From the NCBI GenBank assembly GCA_950097015.1, contig CATNEN010000003.1, forward strand, positions 9,362,001 through 9,426,000: DNA of 64,000 nucleotides, in the 5' to 3' direction. The translations under genes were made by a program, and so were the position numbers. Positions 10,377 through 23,600 of the stretch are shown here, in pieces (positions within the stretch are counted from its first letter, which is position 1; the number at the start of each line of letters is the position of its first letter). The notes beneath the pieces were generated by a model. That model was not told the origin of the DNA, made no database searches, and was given only the letters and a program-made list of their open reading frames with translations. Origin of the DNA: Macrostomum hystrix (taxonomy: Eukaryota > Animalia > Platyhelminthes).

Positions 10377-12945
10377 CTTGTTGCTGGAGTATGAATTATT
10401 AGCTGCGATAAATATTCAATGTTGCACAACATGGAAAACTGTTTTTCATATTTAGAGATAAGAAGATAAGAAGATTGAGGTCAAGCACTCATATATTAAA
10501 ATAGGTATTAAATATCTTCTGTTTCTACTGCCAGTAGTGAATAAAGGAAAGAGGCTAAAGTGAGAGTTGAAAAGTGGATAACAATAACATATTATTGTGA
10601 AATATGTGAATTATAACCAGGCAGTTATAGTTAATAAGTAAACATTTGTCTCATAAACACTGACAGGCACAGGCCCTGCAAAAGTAACTGATTGAACTAG
10701 AGACTCGCATGTGCACTGAGTAACCCAGAATAAAATGCACTCAGATATTACAAAACAGAAGTGGACCCACAATGATGACTTAGATAGAGTCCATGAAGAA
10801 AAAATTACACACAATGAGGCAAGTTACATTGCTGTATAGGCAATTGGACCAACTCAATTAACTATGATTATAATGGATCAGGTTGAGAGGATACTAACAA
10901 CAAATGCCCTTTAAATATTCCATAAAAAATCCCCAAGTTAAGGCTAGTTCTGATTTTAAAATGCAAATATGCTATTGCAAAAAGCTTGAAAAATTAAAAG
11001 AAATTTTAAGCAGTGAATTACATCATTTCAAACCTATTTTAATTTGGATACTGTCCAAGTAAACCCTATTCTACCCCTGCTTTACTACCTTTGGAATTTC
11101 AATCTTGATACACTAATCCTGTAATTTTTCTCTTCCTCTACTATTGTGGAATTCTAGCTGTTCTGTAATACTGCATTTATTCATAGTAATTCTAAAACTA
11201 TTTTTCTTTTTCTTGCAGAGAGCCATAAACCCTAAAATCCTTCAGGCAACAGACCCAAATCTTTCTGATAACAAGCCCTAATTCTTTTGTGAATCAGCCC
11301 ACAATCTATCATATTTTATCTCTTCATATACTAATCCTATGATTCCTATCAGATCTCAATAATTTATCTTTCATTTGTTTTTATGAACAGAGGCCAAATT
11401 TGAAAGTGAAATAAAATATCATGCAAAGTCTCTTCCTTTTGTTATCAACTGAGAGCTATAGATAGGTAGTTTATAGCTTGTGGACACAAGTACCATGCAA
11501 AAAATGTATAATTCATTAATACAATGAAATTGTACCACATAAAAATGTATTGCTTGCTGTTATCTAAAGCTGTAGTACAATTATTTGTTGAAGCATTAAG
11601 CAATTGTAGCTATACACAAAGTTCTAGAATTTATATGTGGGTGTTTCAATATTAACAAGAATTTAGTCATGACTTTTTATTTTAAAAGATAAACTTTTTA
11701 ACTTAAATTTTTTACTCTTCAATTTTGCAAATATGGACAGCACATAGCTTCCGTTTCAACTCTATAAGTCTACATGTACCAGTGAAATCTTACATTGAAG
11801 TACAGACCTTGAGATAAAAATTAAAAAAATACTTTTTTTGTCTTTTAGTTTTGTCATTTAGTTTAGTCATTTAGTTTTCCAGTAAAAATATAAATAAACT
11901 TACTAAGTCTTAACGATTCTTTGATTCTAATTTGCATTACTCTGGACATTTTTTAAGCTTATGTGAATATTCAAGCTCGGAACAATTCATAACGGCCCTG
12001 CATTTTTATAAATATAGGGCTGAGCTATATGTAAATCCACGAAATGTGTTTTCAGTTTAAAATCGTGGGGTTTTTAATGAAACCTTGCTATTCAAACTAA
12101 AGAAGATAAAACGAGAAAAACCTGTTTTCATACTTTCTAAAAGTGTCAAATTTAAATCTGTTTTTGTTAGATAGTAGTAATATATTTGTTTTTACTTTCA
12201 ATACTTCTGTTATATTTTAAAATATTTTATCGGGTATCAAACTGATAGCAGCTTGCATATATCTATATTTTCATGTATTAATGTTATAGTGCTTATATGC
12301 TTAAATTATTGGCCTACCAGAATTTCTGCCGGAGCCATACATTAACTAACTAGCTAACTAAAAAACTCAGTAAAGGTATCCGTCTGTACTCGGTACTCTA
12401 CTCTGAAGCCCCTGAGGGACCTGCCCCTGCCCTCTGCCTCTGTCTGTGCTGTTTCCTGTCTTTTTGTCTGCTGCCACCTCCTCTGCTCTGCTAATCAGCC
12501 TAACTTGTATTAGAAAAAGATTCGTACGAACTCATCTACTATAATAGTGGCGTGAAAGTGATTGTAAAATATCACTCACACAAGTCAGTTAGGGCCTATA
12601 GGCCTATATATTTAATATATTAGAAAGTGGTACATTTGAGCAAAAAATATTTTCTTTCCTCTCACACAAAACAAAGAGTATGTAATTTTTTACAAATCCT
12701 AAACCTATTTAGGATTAGGATTCCTATAAGTAAAATAAAAAAACTGCAGATATTCCAGTCACACATTGGCATGTAAACTGGCATGATAGTAAAGGTGTTT
12801 AATTTTTTTCATTTTAAGTTTAGGCTAAGGCTAGGCTAATTAATTGAACTTAATTCCAATTAAGTTCACTAACCTTGTCTGCTCATGATTTGCCAACAAA
12901 TAAGTCAATATTTTATCTTTTTCATTAAGTCTACACTTGGATATT

Positions 12946-13378
12946 AGATCCTAGACACTTCATCATCTTACAACTTCGTCATCTTACAACTTTGTCATCC
13001 ACTTGGAAGGTAGGACACTTTGTCATCCAGCCAATTGGCATGCTTTAAAGTTAGGCCTAGGTCAGTTCGTCATCTACTAATAACAAGCAATCTAGTTTGT
13101 CATCAATAAAGTGAGGGTCGGGTGGTGGGGCAGAGGTGTGAACACACTTCACACTCTAAATTGTCAAAAAGAGGTGTTGAAACTGTTTTCATTATAAGAG
13201 TTGAAAGATAGGTGCCAACACGATGTGAGGAGGGGTGGTTCTGTTCTAACTTTTAAACCTTTGCTTTATAGATGACAGTGTCCACAAGTCTAAGTCTCTT
13301 CGTCATCCATCCTCTGAGATATTGGACAGATCATCATTTGGATGACGAAGTTGTAAGATGACGAAGTGTCCAGGTACC
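12946..13378. mobile_element. MULE/Mutator-like MITE
   Basis: Imperfect ~38-bp TIRs (CCTAGACACTTCATCATCTTACAACTTCGTCATC and GATGACGAAGTTGTAAGATGACGAAGTGTCCAGG) with internal subrepeats; 9-bp TSD TTGGATATT (12937-12945, 13379-13387). Confidence 0.8.
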
Positions 13379-14829
13379 TTGGATATTTACCTGGCCTAGC
13401 CCTCAAGTCAAGAAGTAAAGTGTCTAATTTATGCAACAATCCCCAAAGGGCTCAAGCCTTCTCTTTATAGCTACCCTCCAAACTAATGTGGCAGACATGC
13501 TTCATTATTTAAGTAGGCCTACATTATAATTTAACTTTATCAATATTATATTTCTTAAAAATTCTATCTTATGTCTATGGCAAATCTGAAATTTCAATGG
13601 CTACAACATTTTTGTCATGCAGTATGTACAGTTATACCTTTTATTACATTTTTCCTTAATTTCAAACACACAATTGTCTAATTATACTTTGATTAATCTG
13701 TTAGTTTTTAATTCAGTTTTATACATTATAATTATTAAACAAAATTACAAATAACTAAATGGATATCAATATAGTAAATATAATATAGGATTTGATATGG
13801 AACTCAGAAATGGTACAAATAGGCCTAACAAAATAGTTATTCATACAGTAATAATCATAAAACAATAAACAGTTTTACTAATGAATGCCTTGTTATGAAA
13901 TTCAAGCAATGGGTCAGGATTGATTTAATCAAAGGTCTGATACTCATATGTTCCATAGAGCCACATCTCAGCCTAACTCATGCCTTAGATACAAATATCT
14001 ATGAGTTGTAAAGTTACTGTTTTCATTTTATGTGACACATTTTGTGTACAATAATTATTCTGCAAATGGAGGTAATGTGGTAGCAATGGGGAGAAATATC
14101 CAGGAATCATTCTATGAAATCCAATGATGCATGTCATACAACAATTTTTAGACCCAGCATGAAAGCAACAGATTTAGCAATAATGTATTAGGGGCCTATA
14201 CAATATTTGTTTTCACTGTATGAATAACCATTTTGTTATTTGTATATTCACAAAATGAATAACAGCTTTGCTTTTTGGACAGTCACCATATGAATAATCA
14301 TTTTGCTATTTGTCAGTCACCATACAAAAAACAAACATTTTTGTCTATATATTATACTGAACAAAGAACTGATTTAGAGAGAAATTCATAAAAGTCTAGA
14401 TCATTACAATAGGTTACTTATTATGGCATCTAAAGCTTAATGTCAATAGTTATAGGCAAAGCAAAAGTTATTGTCACAAATTATGTATTCATTTTTGCTT
14501 TTATTGCTTGCACTGGAGGTACAAGAAAAATCATTGATTGAGATCATTGTCATTTCTTTTAAATTGTTTGTTACATTTTTTAAAAATAATTATCATTCTT
14601 TATTTAATTGAGGAACAATTTTATCTACATTGTTATGATTAACTGGTCTTTTCAACATTTTTGACAAAAATGTTATTTATATTATGCTCTATAATTATAG
14701 CCAAATTGTGTCTAGAAAAAATATTGCACTAAAATGTTATTTATATTTTTATTGGTTTCATAACAATATTCTCAAACCATGACTGTTATCACCTAATAGA
14801 AAAATACTTTAATTGCAGCAACCGTAGCC

Positions 14830-15465
14830 ATGGTGAAGCGCAACAACATCATCCCGAATGCCCACTTCCACAAGGACTGGCAGCGCTATGTGCGCACCTG
14901 GTTCAACCAGCCGGCTCGCAAGGAGCGCCGCCGCAAGGCCCGCGTTGAAAAAGCACGCCTAGTGGCGCCCCGCCCAGTCAACGGGCCGCTCCGTCCAGTT
15001 GTTCGATGCCAGACGATTCGCTACAACATGCGAGTCCGGGCCGGCCGCGGCTTCAGCCTTGATGAGCTCAAGGCAGCCGGCATTAATCGCCGTTTCGCCC
15101 GCACCATCGGCATCGCCGTCGATCACCGGAGAAGGAATCGCTCAGCTGAGGGTCTGCAGCGCAATGCCCAACGCTTGAAGACCTACCGCGGCAAGCTGAT
15201 CCTATTCCCGAAGAATCCCAAGGCGCCGAAGGCTGGCGAAGCCTCCGAAGAGGAGCTGCGAGCTGTTGTCCAGCGTCCGCTGCCGCCGGTTGTTGCGCCA
15301 GGCCGGCACCTTCGTCGGGTCAAGGCCCGCGTCCAGACTGACGACGATAAGAAGTTCCACGCCTTCCACGCCATCCGGCAGGCCAGGGCCAACAAGCGTC
15401 TCGACGGACTGCGCAAGAAGAAGGCCGCCACCGGCGACGATGCCAAGAAGAAGGTCGACGAGTGA
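14830..15465 (+). CDS. RPL13: 60S ribosomal protein L13 (eL13), 211 aa, no intron in the CDS
   Basis: [22 protein letters not shown]...[12 protein letters not shown]...[12 protein letters not shown]. Splice acceptor ttgcag at 14813-14818 just upstream; ATTAAA near 15483. Confidence 0.98.
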   Translation: MVKRNNIIPNAHFHKDWQRYVRTWFNQPARKERRRKARVEKARLVAPRPVNGPLRPVVRCQTIRYNMRVRAGRGFSLDELKAAGINRRFARTIGIAVDHRRRNRSAEGLQRNAQRLKTYRGKLILFPKNPKAPKAGEASEEELRAVVQRPLPPVVAPGRHLRRVKARVQTDDDKKFHAFHAIRQARANKRLDGLRKKKAATGDDAKKKVDE

Positions 15466-15886
15466 AGCGAAAAAAATCTTTAATTAAAGAGGCTGAATTG
15501 TATGCTCTTTAGATAGACAGCTCTTATCTGCGTGTGGGCTAAAGTGTGCAACTTGAAAATACAAGGCTTTGACAAAGAGGATTGTGAAGTCTCTTGATCC
15601 CGCGATGAGTACCGATCGAGTACTAATTTGCTTCAGTTGCAGAGGCTTGGATTGAAAAAATGCTTTGACTCTTTATCTGTCTTGTATTATTTTATTTTCA
15701 GTCTCGCCCCCAGCTTTGTAGGATCTTTGCAGGAGAACTCATAACTTGTAGAATCGTCACTAAATGACCTAATTCTAATTTTAGAATCTTCTCAAAAAGC
15801 CCTAGCTTATATTTATTATCTTTATCACAGAGTACTTTTATAATCGTCCCAGAAGATCTAGCTGTAGTTGTAGAATCTTCGCCGAA

Positions 15887-16572
15887 TATAGCTTTTGCCA
15901 TTCAATCTCAGTGTTTTGTCATTCCCCCATAGCCCCCATAGAATTAATCCAGCCAGTTGGCGCGGTTTGGCCCATAGACTATCGCTCTGTGCCATTCAAT
16001 CTCGGGTTTTGTCATTCAAACTCAGGCTTTAATGTGGAGAAGGAATGTGGATAAGGAATGAACAGGTTCCTCAGCTCGGCTCATGTAACACATGACCGAA
16101 AAAACTGACTTGTTAAACTTGTTAAACATAATGCAGTTCATACACATTACAAGCCAAACACCTCTAGCATCATGGTGAGGAACATACGGATTTGAGCGGA
16201 ATTGTTAATGTCTTGGATCAGAATAGTGACTCAGAGAAAAGGAATTTGCATAATGCACCGTGGATACAGTCGGCTGCAGGCAATCTCCCAGTTCAGAGGC
16301 ATCAGAGTGTCCAGTGCAACGTGGCCCAGGCGCTCCATGTAAGCATATGGCCCATGTAAGCAAATGCTATAGAAGAAATTTGTAATTTAGCTGTCTTTGG
16401 GAGGACTGCGTTTAAGAGACCGAGCTTATAAAGCCTGAGTTTGAATAACAAAACCCGAGATTGAAGGCACAGAGCGATAGTCTATGGGCCAAACCGCGCC
16501 AACTGGCTGGATTAATTCTATGGGGGCTGAGTATGAATGACAAAACACTGAGATTGAATGTCAAAAGCTATA
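15887..16572. mobile_element. Foldback MITE with ~145-bp TIRs, TATA at both ends
   Basis: TATAGCTTTTGCCATTCAATCTCAGTG...CTCAGGCTTTA (15887-16031) is mirrored by TAAAGCCTGAG...GATTGAATGTCAAAAGCTATA (~16429-16572). Confidence 0.88.
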
Positions 16573-17039
16573 CCAAAATGAAGCGGTACTTCATCGCGCC
16601 CAAAGGTTAAAGAAAAATATAGACTCGAAAGCTAAATTACGAAACCTAAGTTAATCAGTGAGTACATGTGCACTTAAGCCGTCTTTATGAATTCATGTAT
16701 TTAATTATATTTTCGGCGAACTATTCAAACTCAACTGGTTTAAAAAAATCAATTAATAATTTGGCATATTAAACTATGATAGGTAACAAAGAAAGTTTTT
16801 TGCGATGTCTCAATGAATAACGGCACGAAGCACTAAGAATTTTGGCAGTGTTGAATCAGAAAATTACGATGCTTCGTTCAATAAGCCTTGTGAACTATAA
16901 AGCGCATTAAAAGTACACGTCAACAGAACAAAGAAAGAAACGCACTTCTCTGACAAGTTTAAAACAGATTTGAGCAGTTCTATTTGATGAACTATTTTGC
17001 GCCATTGTTTTGTGTTTTGTCTGTTAATGAAATCCAAAT

Positions 17040-20000
17040 TTAAGCCATGCTGACAATCACAGTTAAAGGAAAGACAACTAATAAAGTTGGATCGGGGTTC
17101 GAACTGCCACCCTTGTCGGCCGGATGTACCGTTTCACTCTCTGGAGTCTTCAACACTGACGACAGCCTGAAAGGAATTGTGTATTGCAAAATGATTGTGT
17201 CCAATCACTATAAGTGACCATAGACTGGTTTTAGACCAATTAGCATAGGGAAATCAGGAGTTGAGTGACCAATCAGCGATGAGACAACTGGAGTTAACTG
17301 AAGTAGCCAATCGCTGTATGAGAACGAGTTTATTGGCCAAACACCGAAAGCAGTCGACTTTGAAGGCTTGAGTGACAGTGTTATTGCTACAGTTAAGATA
17401 TTTACAAAAATTCACACTAAACAAATAGCAAAGATCGAAAGAAACGACTCACTGGCTCACAAAGTTGTTCAAAATGTCAGACTCCGGATCAGGCTTGACT
17501 TGCTCCAAATAAGTGTGATAGGCTGAGAAGCTTTTCATGTAGGTCACAAACTGGGACATGGTCAGGTTTAGTGGCATATCCTCTGTGACCCTGTATTTCA
17601 GGAAAAATTGAGATTAGAACACACGCGAACACGTGATTGGAGACTTCTGTCTATTTCCCTGTTTGAATAAACATAAATTTATTACAAAAAGAAATTATCC
17701 CACCTGATGCACTTATTGGCATTGTACATCGGCAGAGTTTCATACTTCGAATCCACCAGTTGACGCCTCGAGTCCCAGTAGGGTCCGAGATATTTTTCGC
17801 CTTGGAAAAACTTTCAAATTTTGGAAACATTGAGTGTATTAAAAATTGAACTTCTATCTATTTGCAAACAAAAAAGGGAAACTTTTGACACAAACAAATC
17901 TTTTGTTTCATATTAGTCAGTGTTAGCTGTAGCCCAACCCTGTTTGATCTTAACATCTAGCTATCCATAGTTCGCATATTGACCAATTTTAAAACAATTC
18001 GATCCATACTTAATTCCCGGGTACTAATTGCAATTCATTTCCCCCAAGAGCTGTACAATGGGTTACCAGAGATTGAGCTGGGATAGAAATTTAGATAGAT
18101 GCGGCGGCTCTCAAGTCCATGGACTGAAAAGCAGTACGCGGCACAATAGTTACAGCTGTACTTGCCTCTGACTGAAACACATGAAATGTGAGCGAGTCTC
18201 ACCTCGTGCAAGAGCTTATTGACCCTAGCTTCCCTCTCTTGATTTTGTTCGCCCTGCAGGCGAATTGAACAGAAGCTATAGCTGAGTAAGGCCAGGGCTC
18301 CTGTGGGCTTCAGGCAGCGAGAGACTTCTGTATAAAACTTTGGCAAATCGAACCAGTGCGCCGCCTGAGCAACGGCTACAAGATCAGCGCTGTGATCCTG
18401 ACAAGGCAAGCTGTAGCAGTCGCCAACGCTGCAAAATTTATAAAAATGTCTAGTGCTCTACTAATAGTAGACAAAAGACATACGAGGGGTGTCCCAAAAG
18501 TCTCCGTAATGTCCAACGTTACTCTTCACCGGAGCCATGAAATTTCACGCCCATGGTGTCAAATGAAAGGAAATCTTGTCACAAAGAAAACAAAGTTAAA
18601 ATCATGTTCATATAGTTTTATATTCAGGAGCTGCAGCAAGAAACGTGCGCGAAGGTCAGGGCTAGTGTTACACAAGCTCAAAAATCTATGACAATGATTT
18701 TAAACAATAGAACACAGAGCAGTTCATACCGTTGATGAACCCTCGGCACATGCAACAATTCAAAATTCAAAGCGAATCATTAAGCTCAACCTGCGGCTTC
18801 TCCACATAGTCCCCATTCAGCAGGACTATGTTCACCTCAGCCACCTTAGTCCGTTGATGGCATGTCTTGCCACCCTACGTGCAAGGACGGCCAGAGCGTG
18901 GCTGATCATTCACAGCAGACTGGCCATCTCTAAAGCGTCCGATCCATCCGTAAATAGCAGTTTTTTAGGCTGTTCTCACCGTGGATGGAAATCAGAAGTG
19001 GTCAGAAATCTTGGCTCCAATCTATCCTACTGACCAAAGGACAAAAACTCGACTTTGCTGACTTTCAAGGCTCTGAAGAGAACTCACTTTCGCAAAAAAA
19101 TTCAAGTTGAAAGCCAGTGCTTGGTACAAATTATCTGCACTTGTGTAAAAGCTCAGATTAGCTTTATGAGCATTTCTGCTTTTTTCCATAGACACTGCCA
19201 TGTCTTTCTGACACATCAGAAACATGAATTCAAAATGAAAATATCTAAATCATTGCCATGATAGATTTTTGAGCTTGTGTAATACTACTTTGTTTTTTTG
19301 TAACAAGATTTCCTTTCATTTGACACCATGGGTGCAAAATTTCATGGCTCAGTTGAAGAGCTATGTTGGACAGTCCGGGAACTTTTGGGACACCCCTGGT
19401 AGTATAACTATACAATTTTCATGAGACACGAGGCTCATATAAAGAAATGGAGACCATTCATTTTAAGCTAGCTACATGAAAAAAATTAATGTAAGTAGCT
19501 TCCTATAAGTAATATAAGTAGCTTCTTAAAAGAATTACACAATTTTTTAAGTCCAATAATTATTAGCTTATTTTTTAGAATCAATTGTCATTATTTCCTT
19601 GCTAAACTTCTAGCATTCAAAACAAAAAGTAACTCACATATGATAAATGGTAATGATACTCACTGAAATTCTATATTAGGAAGCTTAAAAAACTCCTCCT
19701 TGGCAGCAGCTATCTGTGTTGCACTGATGTCACTTGCTATCACCCTTGAAAAATGGAAGCTTAATAGTTCTGTGAGCTGTCCAGATCCACAGCCAACATC
19801 AAGGGCTATTCCAGATTTCTAAAAAAAGTTGCCTTAGATAAAGTATGATTTCTCGCTTAGCACAGCAACAAGGAAGTAATCGAACGAATTAAAAAGCAGC
19901 AGAATTCATTATTAATTAGCTATTTAACGAAATTAATTTTTACCTGTAACTCGCCACAATTTAACAGATCATCACTGTCTTTTTTATTGTGACTCATTAG

Positions 20001-20105
20001 CTGTTTCCAAGAGGACACTATCGAGTTAATGACTGATGCTGGGTATCGTGGTCGTGCAGCCCTGTAAAAACTAGAAATGTTTGACCCAAAAAATAAACTA
20101 CTCAT
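17040..20105 (-). CDS. Class I SAM-dependent methyltransferase (Methyltransf_11; Tmt1/Crg1-like), 304 aa
   Basis: Six exons 20105-19944, 19818-19664, 18428-18203, 17810-17704, 17590-17453, 17166-17040, all GT-AG and phase-compatible. Motifs [46 protein letters not shown] and PYW. Confidence 0.92.
18483..19399 (-). mobile_element. Mariner-derived non-autonomous element in methyltransferase intron 2
   Basis: TA-flanked TIRs CGAGGGGTGTCCCAAAAGT and ACTTTTGGGACACCCCTGG extending over 100 bp. Minus-strand HTH remnant [24 protein letters not shown] followed by a stop (~18875-18960). Confidence 0.9.
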
Positions 20106-20670
20106 TTCACAACGTCAGGTTCAAATAAGGATAATAATAAAAATCGTATGAATGCAAATTAGTGAATTAGTAATTCTAAAGGAAATTGTTTCGCGCATTA
20201 CTTAACTGTATAAAAACTAGTTTTTGTTTCTTACAAAAGCCTGGTATTTTTTGAAATTTGAAATTTTGCATTTAGAGGTGATGAACAAATCAAGTTAATT
20301 ACTGCAAAAGTTATGAAGCGTAAAAAATTTTAGCTTTATATATAAGTTTTATCTTTTTTTGTATTTAATTTAACAAAAAGCATTTAGAGAAACGATTTTT
20401 GAAGGGAAATCTCAAACAGTTTATAAACTGAAGGTCACCACTCCTTTGACCAATAGGAGCCGTTCGCACGTCTCTTCTGCGTGTATCTTTTACATATAGC
20501 GGCTGTTCTTGTCTACACAGTATCAGAAGGCACTAAGTGAGCGTGACTAGTCACTAGTGGTTGAGCTAACCGTCATATTCTGCTCTATTTAATTTTAAAC
20601 AAACTGGTTTGCGTCGGTCATTTCAAAGGCGACATCACAACTGGAGTCCGGATTTAAAGAACTATGAAAG
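20106..20670. promoter_or_regulatory. Probable bidirectional promoter region (methyltransferase / SLC25A33-36)
   Basis: Divergent ATGs about 565 bp apart; CCAAT at ~20450 and palindrome GTGACTAGTCAC at ~20543. Confidence 0.55.
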
Positions 20671-23600
20671 ATGGTACTGCTGGATGGCAGCTTTGCACAT
20701 GTTGTTGCTGGAGGGTAAGTTATGAATCAAATTTTTAAAGTCGGTTATTATCTCGAATGATGAATTAAGTAGAACAAACGCCATTAGTACTAAGTACCCT
20801 TGTTCTGAAAATCCCTGCTGATAAAAATTCTAAATAAATAATTTATTTTGACTTTAACTAAAGTCTCATTTTGACTAATGTAGTACATTTGTGGCCCAAA
20901 GCCAATAGCCCAGCCCATGTCCATGTCCATGACATCAACTTCAAGTCAAGTGGCAAGTGGAAATGTATTATTGACTAATAAAATAGACCTAGAATTGCTG
21001 ACCCAGAATCGCTGACATGGAATTAACACTTTTAACATTGGGGTTATATTTTAGAATTAGAAAGGCAATGTTCTACTTCCGTTCGTTATATTATTTTTTC
21101 TTTTGTATTTGTGCCACACGTGGATTCTGAGTTTTAAAAAGTTGTGCTGACGTGGCTTTGCCGTGACTTGACACTTGGATCTATGTCTATGGCATAATCT
21201 GGCAAATATGGGGGGACAGGAAGCTAAAGCACAGAAATTCTGCAGCTGAAGATTTTGCGAAGGCCAAGCTGCGTCAAATGCATGGCATGAGTGCTGCTCT
21301 ATTCGAAAGCCACCTTGAAGAATTCTTATGTCGCCATCTATACCCCAAGAATCAGTGCTTCAGTGCCCTCCTTTACTGGATTAAGTACTATTGCACAGTT
21401 TGAAAGAAGAAAGACTGACCAAGACTTTTTAGAACTATGTGACCAAACTACTAACTTTTTGTTACCGTTAAACTTGTTTTTTGTCGTTATCTGTCATTTG
21501 CAAACAAAAAAATAATAGAACAAATGGATGTAGAACATTGCCTTAAAAAACATACTAAAAAACTTTAAACATGATTAGGCCTATAGATTTATTTTAGAGT
21601 AAAGGTATCTAAGACCTTAGTAAATTTTCTTTTATGACAATTAATAACTTTAACTTAAAACTACTTGGGCTAAATATTAACTATCAGCTTAGTTAAGAAT
21701 TAAATGAATAGTTGGAATCTCCTAATCAAATTAAAATTAATAAAACAAATCCAATATTTGTATTTTTGTAGATGTGTAATTAAGATAGCAGCATTTTTAT
21801 TAGCTAAGATAGTTTTAGCAATATATCAATATTTTCCATTAATTCTAATTTCAGCTTGGCTGGCACCACAGGAGCAGTGCTAACTTCACCACTTGAAGTA
21901 GTAAAGACTAGGTTACAAAGCTCAGTGACTCATTGGAATAATCGGGCTATTACTAGTTCAATTCTACCATCGCCTACCACTGGCTATGCTTCTGCATCTA
22001 CATTCAGGTCAAGGCTGAAGCTGCCTACAACCTGGGGTTTGCAGCCTGCAATGGCAGCAAATTGTTATTCACAGGTGAGTCAAAACAGTGCTTATATAAA
22101 ATTTTCATGATTATATTGTAGTGCTAAATACTTTCTAATTAGGCCTATAAATTTCTATTGCAATTTGCAACACAGGCAACCTGCTCAGAGCACAAGATGG
22201 CCACCATCAGTAGAATGTCAATCCTGCAGTGCATTCGCTATATTCGTCACACAGAGGGTATACCCGGCCTATACAAAGGCTTGAGCATGACAGTATTGGG
22301 TGTATTGCCATCCAGAGCATTCTACTTTGGCGCCTACGTCAATGGCCAGGAGATGCTATCTGAGTTTCTACCAAGAGGCTCGCATGGCAACAATTGCTTA
22401 GCAGCTGCATTTGCTGGCTTCGTATCGCTGACCTTCACCAATCCGATTTGGTTGGTGAAGACGCGGATGCAGTTAGATCAGAGGTGAGTGATTTGATCAG
22501 ATGTGATCTGTATTATTATGTTATTATTCTAATGGAATTTTCCTATATAAAAATAGAAAAATAATTTGAACACGCCGCTTGCGCCTGACTGTGAACTGCA
22601 GCGAGGCCCCTACCTCTCTCCAGTGCGCCCTGGCGTGTTTTTAATCTGAATACAACAGAAGGGACAGTTAGTTTTGTGGGTTAGAGACGAGAAAGCCAAG
22701 AATGCATTGGTGTTATGCACCCTTGCGCTTGCCAGTTCCAACTAGCCAGTTGAGCCAGGCCAACTCTTAGGCCTAACCAAAAACTGATTAATCAGTTCGT
22801 TTTACATTCCTATTTGCCAGTGGTCTTGGCAAGCAAGTTAGATTTCTTGATTAGTCTGGTTACTTTTTAAACTTTGTATGCGTCAATGAGCTTTAAAGTG
22901 CATTTTACTCACTTCTGACTAACACGTTACACGTGTATAGTTGGATTTAGTTTGTTATTTAAAAATTAAATGGATCATTCGGAGTCAAGTACGTTAAATT
23001 TTATATTCCATTTCACTACACAGTCCGGCATCTCAGTCACTCAGTGCGCTTCGTTGCGTTCGCGATGTTTGGCGTAAGAACGGCTTCTTCGGCTTCTACA
23101 AAGGCATCCAGGCCTCTTATTTGGGCATCGCCGAGACTGCCCTGCACTTTGTAGTCTACGAAGATTTAAAGCGTCGATTATTGCAATGGTCTCGCGGCGT
23201 CGACAGTGTCATTGTCGGCATTAGTCGCGGCGATGAAGTAGTTTATTGCTCCATTGCCAGCACGTGCTCAAAGTCGTTTGCCACCTTCGTCTGCTATCCG
23301 CACGGTGAGTTTTCTCTAGACTATTTTATTATTTTATTTACTGTCAAAAGCATTGTACATTTTGTAAAGTACAACGTCGGGTATTTTGTAAACAGCCTAC
23401 TCCTTACTCCCTCCCATACCAGAAGTCTATCCTAGATTCAAAAATCTAAGACAAGGAAGACTAAGCCAGATCGGGCCCTCGTTGGAAGACACCCCATGCC
23501 ATGTCTGTTTCTATAGTGACCGCCCAGGGTTTGGTCCTCTGTCATGTATTTTCTTCCGCGGCGCTCTCCCGTTTTTCCCAATATAGGATCGCGCTCGTAC

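Noticed and set aside
10772-10870. ATGATGA as a snoRNA C box near RPL13
   Set aside because: No D box (CTGA) or terminal stem at a suitable distance.
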